Below, in pieces: positions 45,403 to 54,576 of a stretch of 64,000 nucleotides of DNA; positions within the stretch are counted from its first letter, which is position 1, and every line of letters starts with the position of its first letter. Below the pieces are notes generated by a model. That model made no database searches. It worked only from the letters and a program-made list of their open reading frames with translations, and had not been told where the DNA came from. The position numbers were made by a program, and so were the translations under genes. The stretch is from Candidatus Norongarragalina meridionalis (GTDB taxonomy: Archaea; Micrarchaeota; Micrarchaeia; Norongarragalinales; Norongarragalinaceae), in NCBI GenBank assembly GCA_902384935.1, contig CABMDO010000013.1, positions 4,370 through 68,369 of the forward strand, in the 5' to 3' direction.

Positions 45403-46710
45403 TCAGTCCGTGCCGAGCACGAAGTGGCGGTACCTGAATCCCGCCGCGTCGCCGAAATTCCACTCGCAGCCGTCCACTTCGTAATTCCCGACGAGCGCGC
45501 CGGTTTTCCCGTCGAGCTTCGTGACGAACGTGCTTTCGAAGTTTGACACCCAGACGTTCCCGTCGAAATCAACCGATATTCCGAGCGCGTATTCGCCGAC
45601 GGAGTATTCGCCGAGCAGTGTTCCGCCCGAATCGTACTTCTTCACGGTGTTGCCCGCGTCGGTAGCCCACAGGTTCCCGTCGGCGTCAACCGCCATTCCG
45701 ACCGCGGAGAACGAGTAATTGCCTAGTATCCCGCCGGTTCTGCCGACGCGCGTCACAATTCCCCTGGTTCCTCCGCTGACAAGCAGGTTCCCGTCGGAGT
45801 CGAGCGTCATGAAACCCGCGCTGCCTTGCAGGTTGTATGCCGCCGTTACGCTGCCGTCCGAGTCGAGCCTGACGAGGTTGCCGTTCGCACTCTGCGTCGC
45901 GGTGCCGGTCACCCATACGTTGCCGTCCTTGTCCGCTATTATGTCGACGGGGTCCATCACCGTCGTGAATTTCCCCAGGACTTTGCCGTCAGGGTCGAGC
46001 TTTTCGATTTTGTCGCCTATGTCCGTCACCCAAACGTTGCCCGACGGGTCCAGCGCAACCCTCGAATGCGCCGTGCCTGTTACGTAGGTGCCGATGAGCG
46101 CGCCGTTCGGGTCTAGCTTGGTGACTTCGCCGTTTCCCTCGCTTCCGTCCGCAACCCACACGTTGCCGTCGGCGTCAACCGCGATGCTCACGGGAACCGC
46201 GCCTGCCGCGTAGAATCCCGCGAACGTGCCGTTTTTCTCGTAGAGTTTCGCAACCTTTCCGCTGTTCTTCGAAGCAATCCAGACGAAGCGGTCGGAGGAC
46301 GCGGAAGACGCAGCCGGGGTTTCGCTTCCCTCGCCCTCCCTGAGCGTCACGCAGGCGGTGCCGTTGAAGCACTTGTCCCCGCATCCGCATATCCTTATGG
46401 GATGGCTGTATTCGGGGGCGCATCCGCATGCCCCTATCGCACAGGAATTCGGGAAGTCCTCGGTTATGCTGGTGCAGCAGTTCGCCGTCGTTACGGTGCC
46501 GCCCGACGCGATGCAGCCGAGCTCGGCAGCGGAAGCAGTGGGCGAAGGCGACGTAATAACGGGCGTGGCTGTTGGCGATAGGGTTGCCGTCGGCGCAACT
46601 GCCGGCGTGGGTGTCGGCGCGGGCTGCGGCGTGAGGCAGCCGAAAAGCAGCAACGAAGCGGCGAGCGCGAACAGGATTCCCTTCAAATCATCACCGATAA
46701 AGCAACGCAT
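45403..46710 (-). CDS. NHL/beta-propeller repeat protein, probable lipoprotein
   Basis: Signal peptide with a possible lipobox (LLLFGC). Pro/Thr-rich linker near the N-terminus. At least 6 repeats of the D-GNVWV-D type. Confidence 0.5.
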   Translation of the reverse strand: MRCFIGDDLKGILFALAASLLLFGCLTPQPAPTPTPAVAPTATLSPTATPVITSPSPTASAAELGCIASGGTVTTANCCTSITEDFPNSCAIGACGCAPEYSHPIRICGCGDKCFNGTACVTLREGEGSETPAASSASSDRFVWIASKNSGKVAKLYEKNGTFAGFYAAGAVPVSIAVDADGNVWVADGSEGNGEVTKLDPNGALIGTYVTGTAHSRVALDPSGNVWVTDIGDKIEKLDPDGKVLGKFTTVMDPVDIIADKDGNVWVTGTATQSANGNLVRLDSDGSVTAAYNLQGSAGFMTLDSDGNLLVSGGTRGIVTRVGRTGGILGNYSFSAVGMAVDADGNLWATDAGNTVKKYDSGGTLLGEYSVGEYALGISVDFDGNVWVSNFESTFVTKLDGKTGALVGNYEVDGCEWNFGDAAGFRYRHFVLGTD

Positions 46711-46729
46711 AGGGGCTTAAAAAAGAAAA

Positions 46730-46885
46730 TGCTCCGGCCGGGATTTGGACCCGGGTTGCAGGATTTCCCTCACTTTTCCCTTTCAGCGCAATCGCTTCTT
46801 TCTTTTTAGTGCAGGTTTTCTTTCTTCCAAAGAAAGAAAAAGTGCTGAGAGTCCTGCGTCCTTGACCGAGCTAGACGATCGGAGC
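46730..46885 (-). tRNA. tRNA-Glu (anticodon CUC) with an approximately 81-nt intron at position 37/38
   Basis: Minus strand: exon 1 46846-46885 (acceptor GCTCCGA, D arm GTCT-AGCTCGGTCAA-GGAC, anticodon stem CAGGA + loop CTCTCA). Intron 46765-46845 is AT-rich and contains the hairpin TTTCTTTCTT-TGG-AAGAAAGAAA. Exon 2 46731-46764 (A + TCCTG, variable CAAC, T arm CCGGG-TCCAAAT-CCCGG, acceptor CCGGAGC), discriminator A at 46730. A7:C66 mismatch in the acceptor. T-tract downstream. Confidence 0.65.
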
Positions 46886-46917
46886 GCGTCAGATATTACG
46901 GAAGCCGAGTTTTATAT

Positions 46918-47673
46918 TTGTTGTTTTCATATATACTCGTGGCAAGAAGGCAAAAGGCAATCGACAGGTACGTACGCGACGTCACCATCCAGAACGTCCT
47001 GGGCTGCCCCGTGCAATGCGCGTTCTGCAACGTGGAATCGCCGAGGGCGCAGAAATTCATGGCTACGAAAAAGTTCGGGGCGGCGCTTGAGGAACTCGGC
47101 AAAAAATACGATTTGTCCGACGCGCTGAACGTGCTCTATTCGGGGCGCGGCAACCCTATAGACGACCCGGAACTCCGCATGAAGACGGAACTCCTGCGCA
47201 GCAGGCTCGGGCAGGGCGGCAGGAAACTGAATATAACGCTCGCGTGGCCGCTTCACGGAGGGCTGAACAATCTCGCGGAGCGCACCCGCGGAATAGACGT
47301 CCTGCGCATTTCGCTCAGCAGCGAGGTGCTTCGGGCGATACGCCGGGAGTTGAAGAAAACCGCGGTTCCTTCGGCGGACATCGAGGATGCGGTGCTCGCC
47401 GAGGCGAAATGGCGACTGCGCAAGGCCGCGGATGCGGCGGCTGCCAACGGATTCAAGCCAGTCCTTCTTTTGGAGGGCACGCCCGGCGAAAGGGGGCAGC
47501 TTTATCGCATCGCCGAGGAGGCGTTTAAGGGAAGCAGGATTCCGTTCGGCAGGGTGGAAACGCTTTTTTCGGGTTTGGAGCCGCGCGGAAGCGCGCTCGG
47601 CAAATCCCTCGGAAGGGGCGGCATCCTGATACTGCACACGGGCAAAATCTCTAAGGTTCATCCCCCGCGCTGA
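46918..47673 (+). CDS. Hypothetical protein with radical-SAM-like CxxxCxxC cluster near the N-terminus
   Basis: LGCPVQCAFCNVES. GC3-rich codons on the + strand. A same-length antisense ORF (46927-47691) is judged spurious. Confidence 0.4.
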   Translation: MLFSYILVARRQKAIDRYVRDVTIQNVLGCPVQCAFCNVESPRAQKFMATKKFGAALEELGKKYDLSDALNVLYSGRGNPIDDPELRMKTELLRSRLGQGGRKLNITLAWPLHGGLNNLAERTRGIDVLRISLSSEVLRAIRRELKKTAVPSADIEDAVLAEAKWRLRKAADAAAANGFKPVLLLEGTPGERGQLYRIAEEAFKGSRIPFGRVETLFSGLEPRGSALGKSLGRGGILILHTGKISKVHPPR

Positions 47674-48251
47674 ACAAGCGCAGCCGCCCACGCGCCCCTT
47701 TCCGCGTCGAGCAGAGACGCACCGAAGCCGAGAATAATCGCATCGCCTTCATCGGCGTCCAGTGCCGCCATGATTTTTTCCGCGTCAGAGGCGCGCATGC
47801 GGAAGCCGGGCACGCCTGCGTCGAGTTTTCCGTTCTTCACTCTCAGCGTTGTTGCGCCCTCCGCGCCCGCCTTGACGGCGGCGTCGCGCCACGCCAACCC
47901 AGCAGGCTCGCGTTTTTTCATCACGATTCCGAACGCCTTCCTGTTGTCCGACAGCCCAGTTGCAGATACGCGATGCGCGTCCTTTATTCCGAGCGACGCG
48001 ATTTCCGCGCTTCCCTTCCTCGTAAGGGCGCAGCCCCGTCTTCTTATCTCCAGCATTCCCACGCGCCTCAGGAAGGCTATGATGGTGCGCACGCTGCCCT
48101 CGCCGATGCCCAGTTCTTTCGAGAGTGAGCCCCTGCTTTTCCTCCCTTCTCGCAATGCCCAGAGGAAACGCGCGACGTCGCCTTCCGCGAACGCGGGCTT
48201 CGGTCCGTAGCGCTTGCGTATTGGATGAATCATCCAAATCATTAAAAACAT
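47658..48251 (-). CDS. Winged-helix transcriptional regulator with C-terminal domain of unknown function
   Basis: wHTH FLWALREGRKSRGSLSKELGIGEGSVRTIIAFLRRVGMLEIRRRG. Start chosen at MFLMIWMIHP. The upstream track extension is rejected. Confidence 0.45.
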   Translation of the reverse strand: MFLMIWMIHPIRKRYGPKPAFAEGDVARFLWALREGRKSRGSLSKELGIGEGSVRTIIAFLRRVGMLEIRRRGCALTRKGSAEIASLGIKDAHRVSATGLSDNRKAFGIVMKKREPAGLAWRDAAVKAGAEGATTLRVKNGKLDAGVPGFRMRASDAEKIMAALDADEGDAIILGFGASLLDAERGAWAAALVQRGG

Positions 48252-48276
48252 CCCGCGCTGGCTTATTTGTCTTTCG

Positions 48277-50028
48277 GTGGTGATGGGCATGCGTTTTGGA
48301 ATGTCGTTCTGGGTTCTGACGTTGCTGGTATTCGCGCCGCTCGCCGCTGCGGACGCGCAGTCCGCGGTTTCGTGGCTCGAATCGCACCAGCAGTCGGACG
48401 GCTCCTTCGGGGCTTGGCAGGAGCACCTCACCGCGGCTGCGGCGCTCGGGCTTCACGCCTGGGGTTCGCCCAAGGCGCCGCTCTCGCTGGCGTATCTGGC
48501 GTCCTCGGCTGAAAATCCGTCGAGCTGGTTCTACGGCGCGTGGGGCGAGGCGGACGTGCCGGGAGTAATGGCGTATTCGTTGGCGGAGGCGTCGTACGCG
48601 ACAAACGGCGCGTCAATCGCGGCTAACCTCATCCCGTTGCAAAACTCCTCGTCGGGCGGATTCCGCGGCTACTACGACATGGGAGTCGGCGGGGCGGTTG
48701 ATTCGGGCGTGGACACGTCGTGCGCCTTGCTCGGATTGTCGTCGCTTGGAGCGATGCCAGCAGCCAACTCGGACGCGGCGGTTTCCTTCCTTTTCTCGCT
48801 GCAGAACGCCGACGGCTCCTTCAACCTGACGCATTCGCGCGAATACGACGCGATATATTCGCTCGGTCCGAACAAGCCGAGCGAAACCGCGCTTGCGCTG
48901 CTCGCGTTGAAATCCGCGGGTGTTTCTCCGTCGGATTCGCGCGTCCAATCCGCGCTGGCATACCTGCGCAGTTCCGCATCATCGAATTACGGGGGAAGCG
49001 CGTACGCGGCATCAGTTTCTTCCGTAGTTTTCGCCGATTACGGCGACTCACCCCATCTGTCATCCTCGCTTGCGTATCTCCTCACTTTGCAGAACCCGGA
49101 CGGCGGATTCGCCGACGCGGCGCGTTCGTCAAGCGTCTCCAACGCGCTTGACACTGGCTTCGCCAGCTACGCGCTCAGTTTCGCGCCGTCGCCGACGCCC
49201 AGCCCCTCGCCGTCTCCGAGTCCTTCGCCTTATCCGTCCCCCTCGCCGAGCCCCTCTCCTTCCCCATCTGCGTCCCCGCAGCCCCACGACGCGTACGTGC
49301 GCATATACTTCCCGCCCGCGTCGGGGCAACCGCACATCCTGACGCAGGGAACATGCAGCCACGCGTACGAATGCTTCGCCGCGGTGGCATCGGTTTCCTG
49401 CACGTGGTATCCCGCCATGGGAGCCCTCGCCTGCCCCGACCCTGCGGTAACGCAGACGTGCTTCATCACCGCAGTGAACAACGTCACTTCCGAATCCAGC
49501 GAGTACTGGGTGTTCGATGTGAACGGCGCGCCGTCGCCGCGGGGCGTAAGCTGCTACGAGCCTTCGGACGGCGACGTCCTCGTCCTGCGCATCAACACCT
49601 TCGCGGTGCCGAGCCCGTCTCCCAGCCCGTCGCCTTCACCTGAACCGAGTGCCACGCCCACTCCGACGCCTGCCGCAGCAAGCGGAGGAGGCGGCGGAGC
49701 GAACTGCGTAGCCGCGGGAACGTGCGGTTCCGCATCTACGGGAACTCCAGCTGCAACCGCAGCCGCAACCGCGGCTCCAGCGCTCGCGCCGACTTCGACG
49801 CCTGCGCCAACCGCCGCCGCGCTCGAGCCAACCGCCGCGCCCAAAAAACGCGCCAACTACCACACGCCTTGGACGCCGCCTGCTGTTACGGCGACGCCCG
49901 CGCCTTCATCGATCGAGCCGCCGTCTTCGCTTACCGGGCTTTTTGCGGCGGGAAATGCGCCTTTGATAGGCGGCGTCGCAATCCTGCTCGTTGCCGCGGG
50001 TTGGTATTTCCTCGGAAGGCGGCGTTAG
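48277..50028 (+). CDS. Cell-surface protein with prenyltransferase/squalene-oxidase-like alpha-alpha toroid repeats, PS-repeat linkers, DUF4430-like domain and C-terminal TM anchor
   Basis: Signal peptide. QxxDGSF/QNADGSF/QNPDGGF repeats. (PS)n linkers. Segment YWVFDVNGAPSPRGVSCYEPSDGDVLVL resembles DUF4430. TM helix and RRR tail. Confidence 0.5.
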   Translation: MVMGMRFGMSFWVLTLLVFAPLAAADAQSAVSWLESHQQSDGSFGAWQEHLTAAAALGLHAWGSPKAPLSLAYLASSAENPSSWFYGAWGEADVPGVMAYSLAEASYATNGASIAANLIPLQNSSSGGFRGYYDMGVGGAVDSGVDTSCALLGLSSLGAMPAANSDAAVSFLFSLQNADGSFNLTHSREYDAIYSLGPNKPSETALALLALKSAGVSPSDSRVQSALAYLRSSASSNYGGSAYAASVSSVVFADYGDSPHLSSSLAYLLTLQNPDGGFADAARSSSVSNALDTGFASYALSFAPSPTPSPSPSPSPSPYPSPSPSPSPSPSASPQPHDAYVRIYFPPASGQPHILTQGTCSHAYECFAAVASVSCTWYPAMGALACPDPAVTQTCFITAVNNVTSESSEYWVFDVNGAPSPRGVSCYEPSDGDVLVLRINTFAVPSPSPSPSPSPEPSATPTPTPAAASGGGGGANCVAAGTCGSASTGTPAATAAATAAPALAPTSTPAPTAAALEPTAAPKKRANYHTPWTPPAVTATPAPSSIEPPSSLTGLFAAGNAPLIGGVAILLVAAGWYFLGRRR

Positions 50029-50064
50029 CGAAGCGATTTAATAATCGCCGATTCTAATCGAACC

Positions 50065-51141
50065 ATGGAGATAAACCCGTGGGGCAGCGAGCTCATCAAG
50101 GATTACGAGGGGCTTTTCACCGAGTTCGGGCTCCAGCATGTCCCGGAAGAACTGCGCAAGCGTCTTTCGGAGAGCAGATATTTCCGGCGCGGAATAGTCT
50201 TCGCCCACCGCGATTTCGACGCTTTCGTCAAAAGCGCCGACAAGAAGGAGAAAATCGCGGTTATGTCGGGCATAAAGCCGTCGAGCGAATTCCACCTCGG
50301 CAGCAAGATGACCGCCGAGGAAATCATATTCCTGCAGAAAACCTTCAAGGCGAAGGCGTTTTACTGCGTAGCCGACAACGAGGCGTACGCGGACAACGGA
50401 ATGACGTACGGGGAAACCGCGCCGCTTGCTGTTGATAACGTCGCGGACTTATTGGCGTTGGGGCTCGATGAAAAGAACGCCGTGATTTACAAGCAGTCGG
50501 AATGCCTTAATGTTTTGAATCTCGCACAACTTTTCGCCCGCAGGACGACGCTTAACACGCTCGAAGCGCTTTACGGGCACCAGAATCTCGGATTGTATCT
50601 CGCGGTTCTGACGCAGGCGGGAGACATCGTCCAGCCGCAGCTCGCGGAGTTCGGCGGGAAGAAGCACGTCGTAGTTCCCGTGGGCATAGACCAGGACCCG
50701 CATCTGCGCTTTACCCGCGACGTGGCGGCGAAGTGCGGTTTTGTGCTTCCCTCCTCGACGTACCACAGGTTCTTCCGCGCCCTCAACGGCGAGACGAAGA
50801 TGAGCAAGCGCGATCCGATGAGCGTGCTCACGCTGAACGATTCCCCCGAACTGGTTAGAAAGAAGCTGGCGAAGGCATTCACCGGAGGGCGCGCGACGGT
50901 TGAAGAACAGAAGAAACTCGGCGGCGAATGGCGCAAGTGCGTCGTCTATGAGTTGATGCTGTTCCATTTCGAGGACGACGACGCCGAGCTCGCCAAGATA
51001 AAGCGCGACTGCGAAAACGGGAAAATAATGTGCGGCGAATGCAAAGCGCGCCGCGTTGAGAGCATAAACGCCTGGCTCGCCAAGCATCAGGAGCGCAAGA
51101 AGAAGGCGCTTCCCAAAGCCGAAAAACTGCTCTCTCGCTAA
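50065..51141 (+). CDS. trpS: Tryptophanyl-tRNA synthetase (archaeal/eukaryotic type)
   Basis: Class I aaRS: HIGH-like FHLGS and KMSKS-like KMSKR motifs. 358 aa. Confidence 0.8.
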   Translation: MEINPWGSELIKDYEGLFTEFGLQHVPEELRKRLSESRYFRRGIVFAHRDFDAFVKSADKKEKIAVMSGIKPSSEFHLGSKMTAEEIIFLQKTFKAKAFYCVADNEAYADNGMTYGETAPLAVDNVADLLALGLDEKNAVIYKQSECLNVLNLAQLFARRTTLNTLEALYGHQNLGLYLAVLTQAGDIVQPQLAEFGGKKHVVVPVGIDQDPHLRFTRDVAAKCGFVLPSSTYHRFFRALNGETKMSKRDPMSVLTLNDSPELVRKKLAKAFTGGRATVEEQKKLGGEWRKCVVYELMLFHFEDDDAELAKIKRDCENGKIMCGECKARRVESINAWLAKHQERKKKALPKAEKLLSR

Positions 51142-51206
51142 CTTTTTATAGCCGTAATGCGTGCTTTTTTCACCCACTAGCTGGACGCGCCGAAAGACGG
51201 CGCGTC

Positions 51207-51953
51207 ATGCAAGGAAAAGGCAGAGAGCAAATGGACCTCCTAGAAATCGTAATCCAGCCGACGTGGCGCGAATTTCTCGTAGACCTTGTCGCCAGCGAGC
51301 GCATGGACCCGTGGGATTTGGACATCGTGCAGCTGGCGGACGTCTATCTTTCCCGCGTTCGGCAAATCGAAGCGCTCGACTTGCGCCTTCCAGCTAACGT
51401 TATACTCGCGTCGGCGATCATGCTCAGGTACAAGGCGGATGCGCTCAGGCTCGAGGAAGTCGCGCCCGAACCCGAGGAGTACGCGGAGCCGAAAATAGAC
51501 GAGGCTCTTCCCGAGCTGATGCTCAAGGCGAACCGCCCCCGCTCGAGGCGCGTGACTCTTGACGAGCTCGTCCGCGCCGTAGGCGACGTGATGCGCAGCG
51601 GGCGCAAAGGGGCGATGCGCGTTCCCCTCACCCAGATATTCAACCTCGACGTGCCGCAGAAGGGCATGAACATCCGCATGCAGGAGCTTTACGAAAAAGC
51701 GGCGCAGATGAAGGATTCCGAGGATATCGTGCTATTCTCCTCACTCATAGGCGAATGGACTCCCGAGTTCGTCATCTCCTGCCTTCTGCCCGTGATGCAC
51801 CTTGTCCAAGAAGAGCGCATGATGGCGTGGCAGGACGAGTATTTCGGGGAAATATTCCTGAAGGTTTTGGAGGAGAGGGCGGCCGAGGGGAACGTAGCGA
51901 TCGAAGGAGCGGAGGTTGTCGCGGTTGAAGCGACCGCCAAAAGCGCGGCGTAG
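51207..51953 (+). CDS. scpA: Segregation and condensation protein A (kleisin ScpA)
   Basis: ScpA N-terminal region DLVASERMDPWDLDIVQLADVYL and C-terminal winged helix. 248 aa. No scpB follows. Confidence 0.65.
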   Translation: MQGKGREQMDLLEIVIQPTWREFLVDLVASERMDPWDLDIVQLADVYLSRVRQIEALDLRLPANVILASAIMLRYKADALRLEEVAPEPEEYAEPKIDEALPELMLKANRPRSRRVTLDELVRAVGDVMRSGRKGAMRVPLTQIFNLDVPQKGMNIRMQELYEKAAQMKDSEDIVLFSSLIGEWTPEFVISCLLPVMHLVQEERMMAWQDEYFGEIFLKVLEERAAEGNVAIEGAEVVAVEATAKSAA

Positions 51954-51958
51954 CATGC

Positions 51959-51994
51959 TTTTAAATAAACGAAATGTAATGGTTGCGAGGGTGG
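51959..51994 (+). promoter_or_regulatory. Promoter + RBS for the first pilin-like gene (TATA ttttaaataaa, SD gagggtgg)
   Basis: TATA 51959-51969, SD 51987-51994, ATG 52001. Confidence 0.4.
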
Positions 51995-52000
51995 TTATAG

Positions 52001-52486
52001 ATGAAAAAGCGCGGACAAGCGTTTGAGACGATGATGCTCGTCATTTCCGTTATTGTGGCGGTTGCCATACTCGGCGTCCTGCTCGGCTTCATCAGCCGCA
52101 TCGGGCCCGGCATCGGCGGCGACGCGCTCACCACGATGCAGACGCAGCTCAAGAGCGTCCAGTCGCGCGGTTTCGGCTCCTCCAACGTAGAGAAAGCCAC
52201 CTTCAAGGAGGGCTCGATACGCGTCGGCGAACTCGTGGTTGATTTGCCGGTATCCGCGAACGACGTGAAGTTCTCCGCGGTTGACGGCGGAATCTGCGGC
52301 TCCTCCGACACCGACCCGCTGAAGTGCGAGGAGAAGAAAATCACCATAAACAAGCAAATCGTCGGCTACATAACGACGTGCAAGGGCGAATCAGGACCGT
52401 ACGTCATCGTCATAGGTTCCGAGAACCAGAAGACCGAAGTGACGACGAAGTGCGACGAGTGCGTCGACAGCAACGGCAGCTGCTAG
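52001..52486 (+). CDS. Pilin-like protein 1 (class III / type IV prepilin-like signal peptide)
   Basis: MKKRG|QAFETMMLVISVIVAVAILGVLLGF: short basic N-region, G-Q junction, then a hydrophobic helix (Methanococcus EppA-type pilin signature). Cys-rich C-terminus. Confidence 0.55.
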   Translation: MKKRGQAFETMMLVISVIVAVAILGVLLGFISRIGPGIGGDALTTMQTQLKSVQSRGFGSSNVEKATFKEGSIRVGELVVDLPVSANDVKFSAVDGGICGSSDTDPLKCEEKKITINKQIVGYITTCKGESGPYVIVIGSENQKTEVTTKCDECVDSNGSC

Positions 52487-52520
52487 CAACCTTTTTATGC
52501 GCAGCCTTCCTCGCTTGTTT

Positions 52521-52691
52521 ATGAAAAGAAGGGCTTCCGAATGGTCGCCCATTTACCTGGTGTTAGTCGTCGCCATAGCGCTCGTGCTTCTCATAACCCT
52601 GGTGAAGCCGATGTTCAGGGGCGCGCAGGCGTCGGCGGCTTCGAACCTCGACACGGCGCAGTCACTCGCCAAGAGCGCGCTGTTTCCGTGA
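52521..52691 (+). CDS. Pilin-like protein 2 (short)
   Basis: MKRRASEWSPIYLVLVVAIALVLLITLV. Alternative start at 52497. Confidence 0.4.
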   Translation: MKRRASEWSPIYLVLVVAIALVLLITLVKPMFRGAQASAASNLDTAQSLAKSALFP

Positions 52692-52695
52692 TGCG

Positions 52696-53376
52696 ATGAA
52701 AAAGCGCGGACAGATGGAGGCGCCGATTGAGCTTTTCGTCGCGGTGATAGTTCTCGCAATGAGCCTCGCGCTCGCTTTCACCGTGATGAGCCGCACCGAC
52801 GAGGGCAAGTGCATCGCCACACTGCGCACTGAAACAGACAAGCTGCAGGCGGCGATGCTCGACGTGGCTTTCGCCTCGCCGCCCACCACGCGCACGGTGC
52901 TGTTCAGCATGACGCGTTGCGGCAACGTGGCGGTCGACGGATTGCGCTTCGTCTATTATTCCAAGCCCGAATGGTGCGAACTCTGCCAGGCGCATTACGG
53001 CGGATGCTGGCAGATAGTTCCCGTTTCTAAGGACAAGGACGGCTCCTACAAAGTCGTATCCGATGCCGTTTCCTGCGTCAACATTGCGGGCGACATCTTC
53101 CTTCGCCAGGACCCCGCGTGCGACGAGCTCAGCAACAACCCGTGCCCGCCCAATGATCAGGATTGCAAATCGGGAGTGCCGCGCGGAATCTGGACAGGGG
53201 ATCCGGACTCGCCGTCGCGCTGGCTCACCATGGGCAAAACCGCCACGGGCACCAGTTACCGCATCACGCTCACGAAATCCGTCACCGCAGGCTCGAGCGA
53301 AAGCGGGCAGGGCACGGAATCCGGCGAGATAATAGTATGCGCGCGCTCCGCAACCGCGCAAAGCAGCACGCCTTAG
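52696..53376 (+). CDS. Pilin-like protein 3
   Basis: MKKRG|QMEAPIELFVAVIVLAMSLALAF. The first 17 nt of this gene are identical to those of pilin 1 (atgaaaaagcgcggaca). Confidence 0.55.
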   Translation: MKKRGQMEAPIELFVAVIVLAMSLALAFTVMSRTDEGKCIATLRTETDKLQAAMLDVAFASPPTTRTVLFSMTRCGNVAVDGLRFVYYSKPEWCELCQAHYGGCWQIVPVSKDKDGSYKVVSDAVSCVNIAGDIFLRQDPACDELSNNPCPPNDQDCKSGVPRGIWTGDPDSPSRWLTMGKTATGTSYRITLTKSVTAGSSESGQGTESGEIIVCARSATAQSSTP

Positions 53377-53397
53377 GCGCAGCTATTTTAACCCGCG

Positions 53398-54072
53398 ATG
53401 ATTTCCTCGGTTATGGTGGAGAAGACGCGCGGCATGCGTCCGACAGGGCGCGGCCAGATAGCGCTCTGGATGCTCACGAAGTTCGCCATGATATTCTTCA
53501 TCGGCGCGCTCGCGCTCATCCTTCTCGGAATGAGCAGCCGCGAGCAGACGGGTTTGTGCGACGAGCAATCGGGACGCGTGGAATCGTCAATATCCGGCGC
53601 GGTTGTGCAGGTGCTCAGTTCGCCAATCGAAGACGAGAGAAAGGTATACCCCTTCGAGCCTTCGCTTTCCTTCGGGCGTTCCGACTTCGAGCTTTACAGC
53701 GTCAACATAACGAAGCACGTCACGGACGAGACGAAATCGTTCATAGTCGACGTGCTTCCGCGGAGCCCGACGTGCAAGGCGTCGGGAAGCGTGGGCATCG
53801 ACGCCGACGTCAAGGTGCACCTGTCCGGTTCCAGGCTTTCCCAATCGTCGGAAGGCCCGCGGCTGACGCTCGAGCCGTCGAACGCGAAGGCGCGCAGCTA
53901 CTATCTCGTGATAATCAAGTGCGCCACCAAGAAGTGGCCCACCGAGCGGCATCTTTTCCTGCAGGATTGCACATCCAACAATCCCGCGGAGTGCATCACG
54001 CTTGAAACCGATACGATAGCGGCGTGCTGCGGATGGACGCAGCCCGAACCGCAGTGCGAGGATGAAATCTGA
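53398..54072 (+). CDS. Pilin-like protein 4
   Basis: ...RPTGRG|QIALWMLTKFAMIFFIGALALILLG. Alternative start at 53434. Confidence 0.45.
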   Translation: MISSVMVEKTRGMRPTGRGQIALWMLTKFAMIFFIGALALILLGMSSREQTGLCDEQSGRVESSISGAVVQVLSSPIEDERKVYPFEPSLSFGRSDFELYSVNITKHVTDETKSFIVDVLPRSPTCKASGSVGIDADVKVHLSGSRLSQSSEGPRLTLEPSNAKARSYYLVIIKCATKKWPTERHLFLQDCTSNNPAECITLETDTIAACCGWTQPEPQCEDEI

Positions 54073-54575
54073 TGGTAGCGCGCCGTGCGTTCGTCGGTCC
54101 ATTAGGCGACGACATCCCCAGCATTTTTCCGATAGTCGCGGGAGTGCTTCTGTTCATCGGCACCATGGCGTATGCGGCTTCGCTGGTGGCGGAGAAGAAC
54201 AGCTATCTCGAGGTGCGCAAGACGTCGCTCGGGCTTTCCTACATCGTGACCGAGCGCGGGCAGATGAAGAAGGCGGATCTCGAGACGCTGTGCGCCGACA
54301 AGCTCAGAAAATTCGGCACGAACGCACGCGTCAAGTTCCTGATAACCCTCGAACGCGAATGCCCGGGGTACGTGTTCGAAACCGACCCCAAAACCACCTA
54401 CGACCCCAACACGGCGTATGCCGCGTGCTCGAATCTCGATTTCGATGCGATAAAACCCGACGAGGTGGCGGCGCGCAGTCCCGTTGTGCTGAACTATCCC
54501 GTTGCGGTTCCCTGCCCCGACGAGGGCTCGTTTACCGACGGTTTCGGAATGATAAACGTGATTGTCTGGCGATGA
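54072..54575 (+). CDS. Pilin-like or pilus-associated protein 5
   Basis: MVARRAFVGPLGDDIPSIFPIVAGVLLFIGTMAYAA. TGATG overlap with the previous gene. Confidence 0.35.
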   Translation: MVARRAFVGPLGDDIPSIFPIVAGVLLFIGTMAYAASLVAEKNSYLEVRKTSLGLSYIVTERGQMKKADLETLCADKLRKFGTNARVKFLITLERECPGYVFETDPKTTYDPNTAYAACSNLDFDAIKPDEVAARSPVVLNYPVAVPCPDEGSFTDGFGMINVIVWR

Positions 54576-54576
54576 T

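Noticed and set aside
46927-47691. 254-aa minus-strand ORF fully overlapping the + strand 46918-47673 ORF
   Set aside because: The + strand has GC3-skewed codons and a CxxxCxxC cluster. This call is kept at low confidence and flagged in the findings.
50449-51177. 242-aa minus-strand ORF antisense to trpS
   Set aside because: trpS class I motifs are on the + strand.
52615-53361. 248-aa minus-strand ORF antisense to pilin-like genes 2 and 3
   Set aside because: The + strand ORFs have coherent class III signal peptides and tight gene spacing. The antisense is Arg/Ala-rich.
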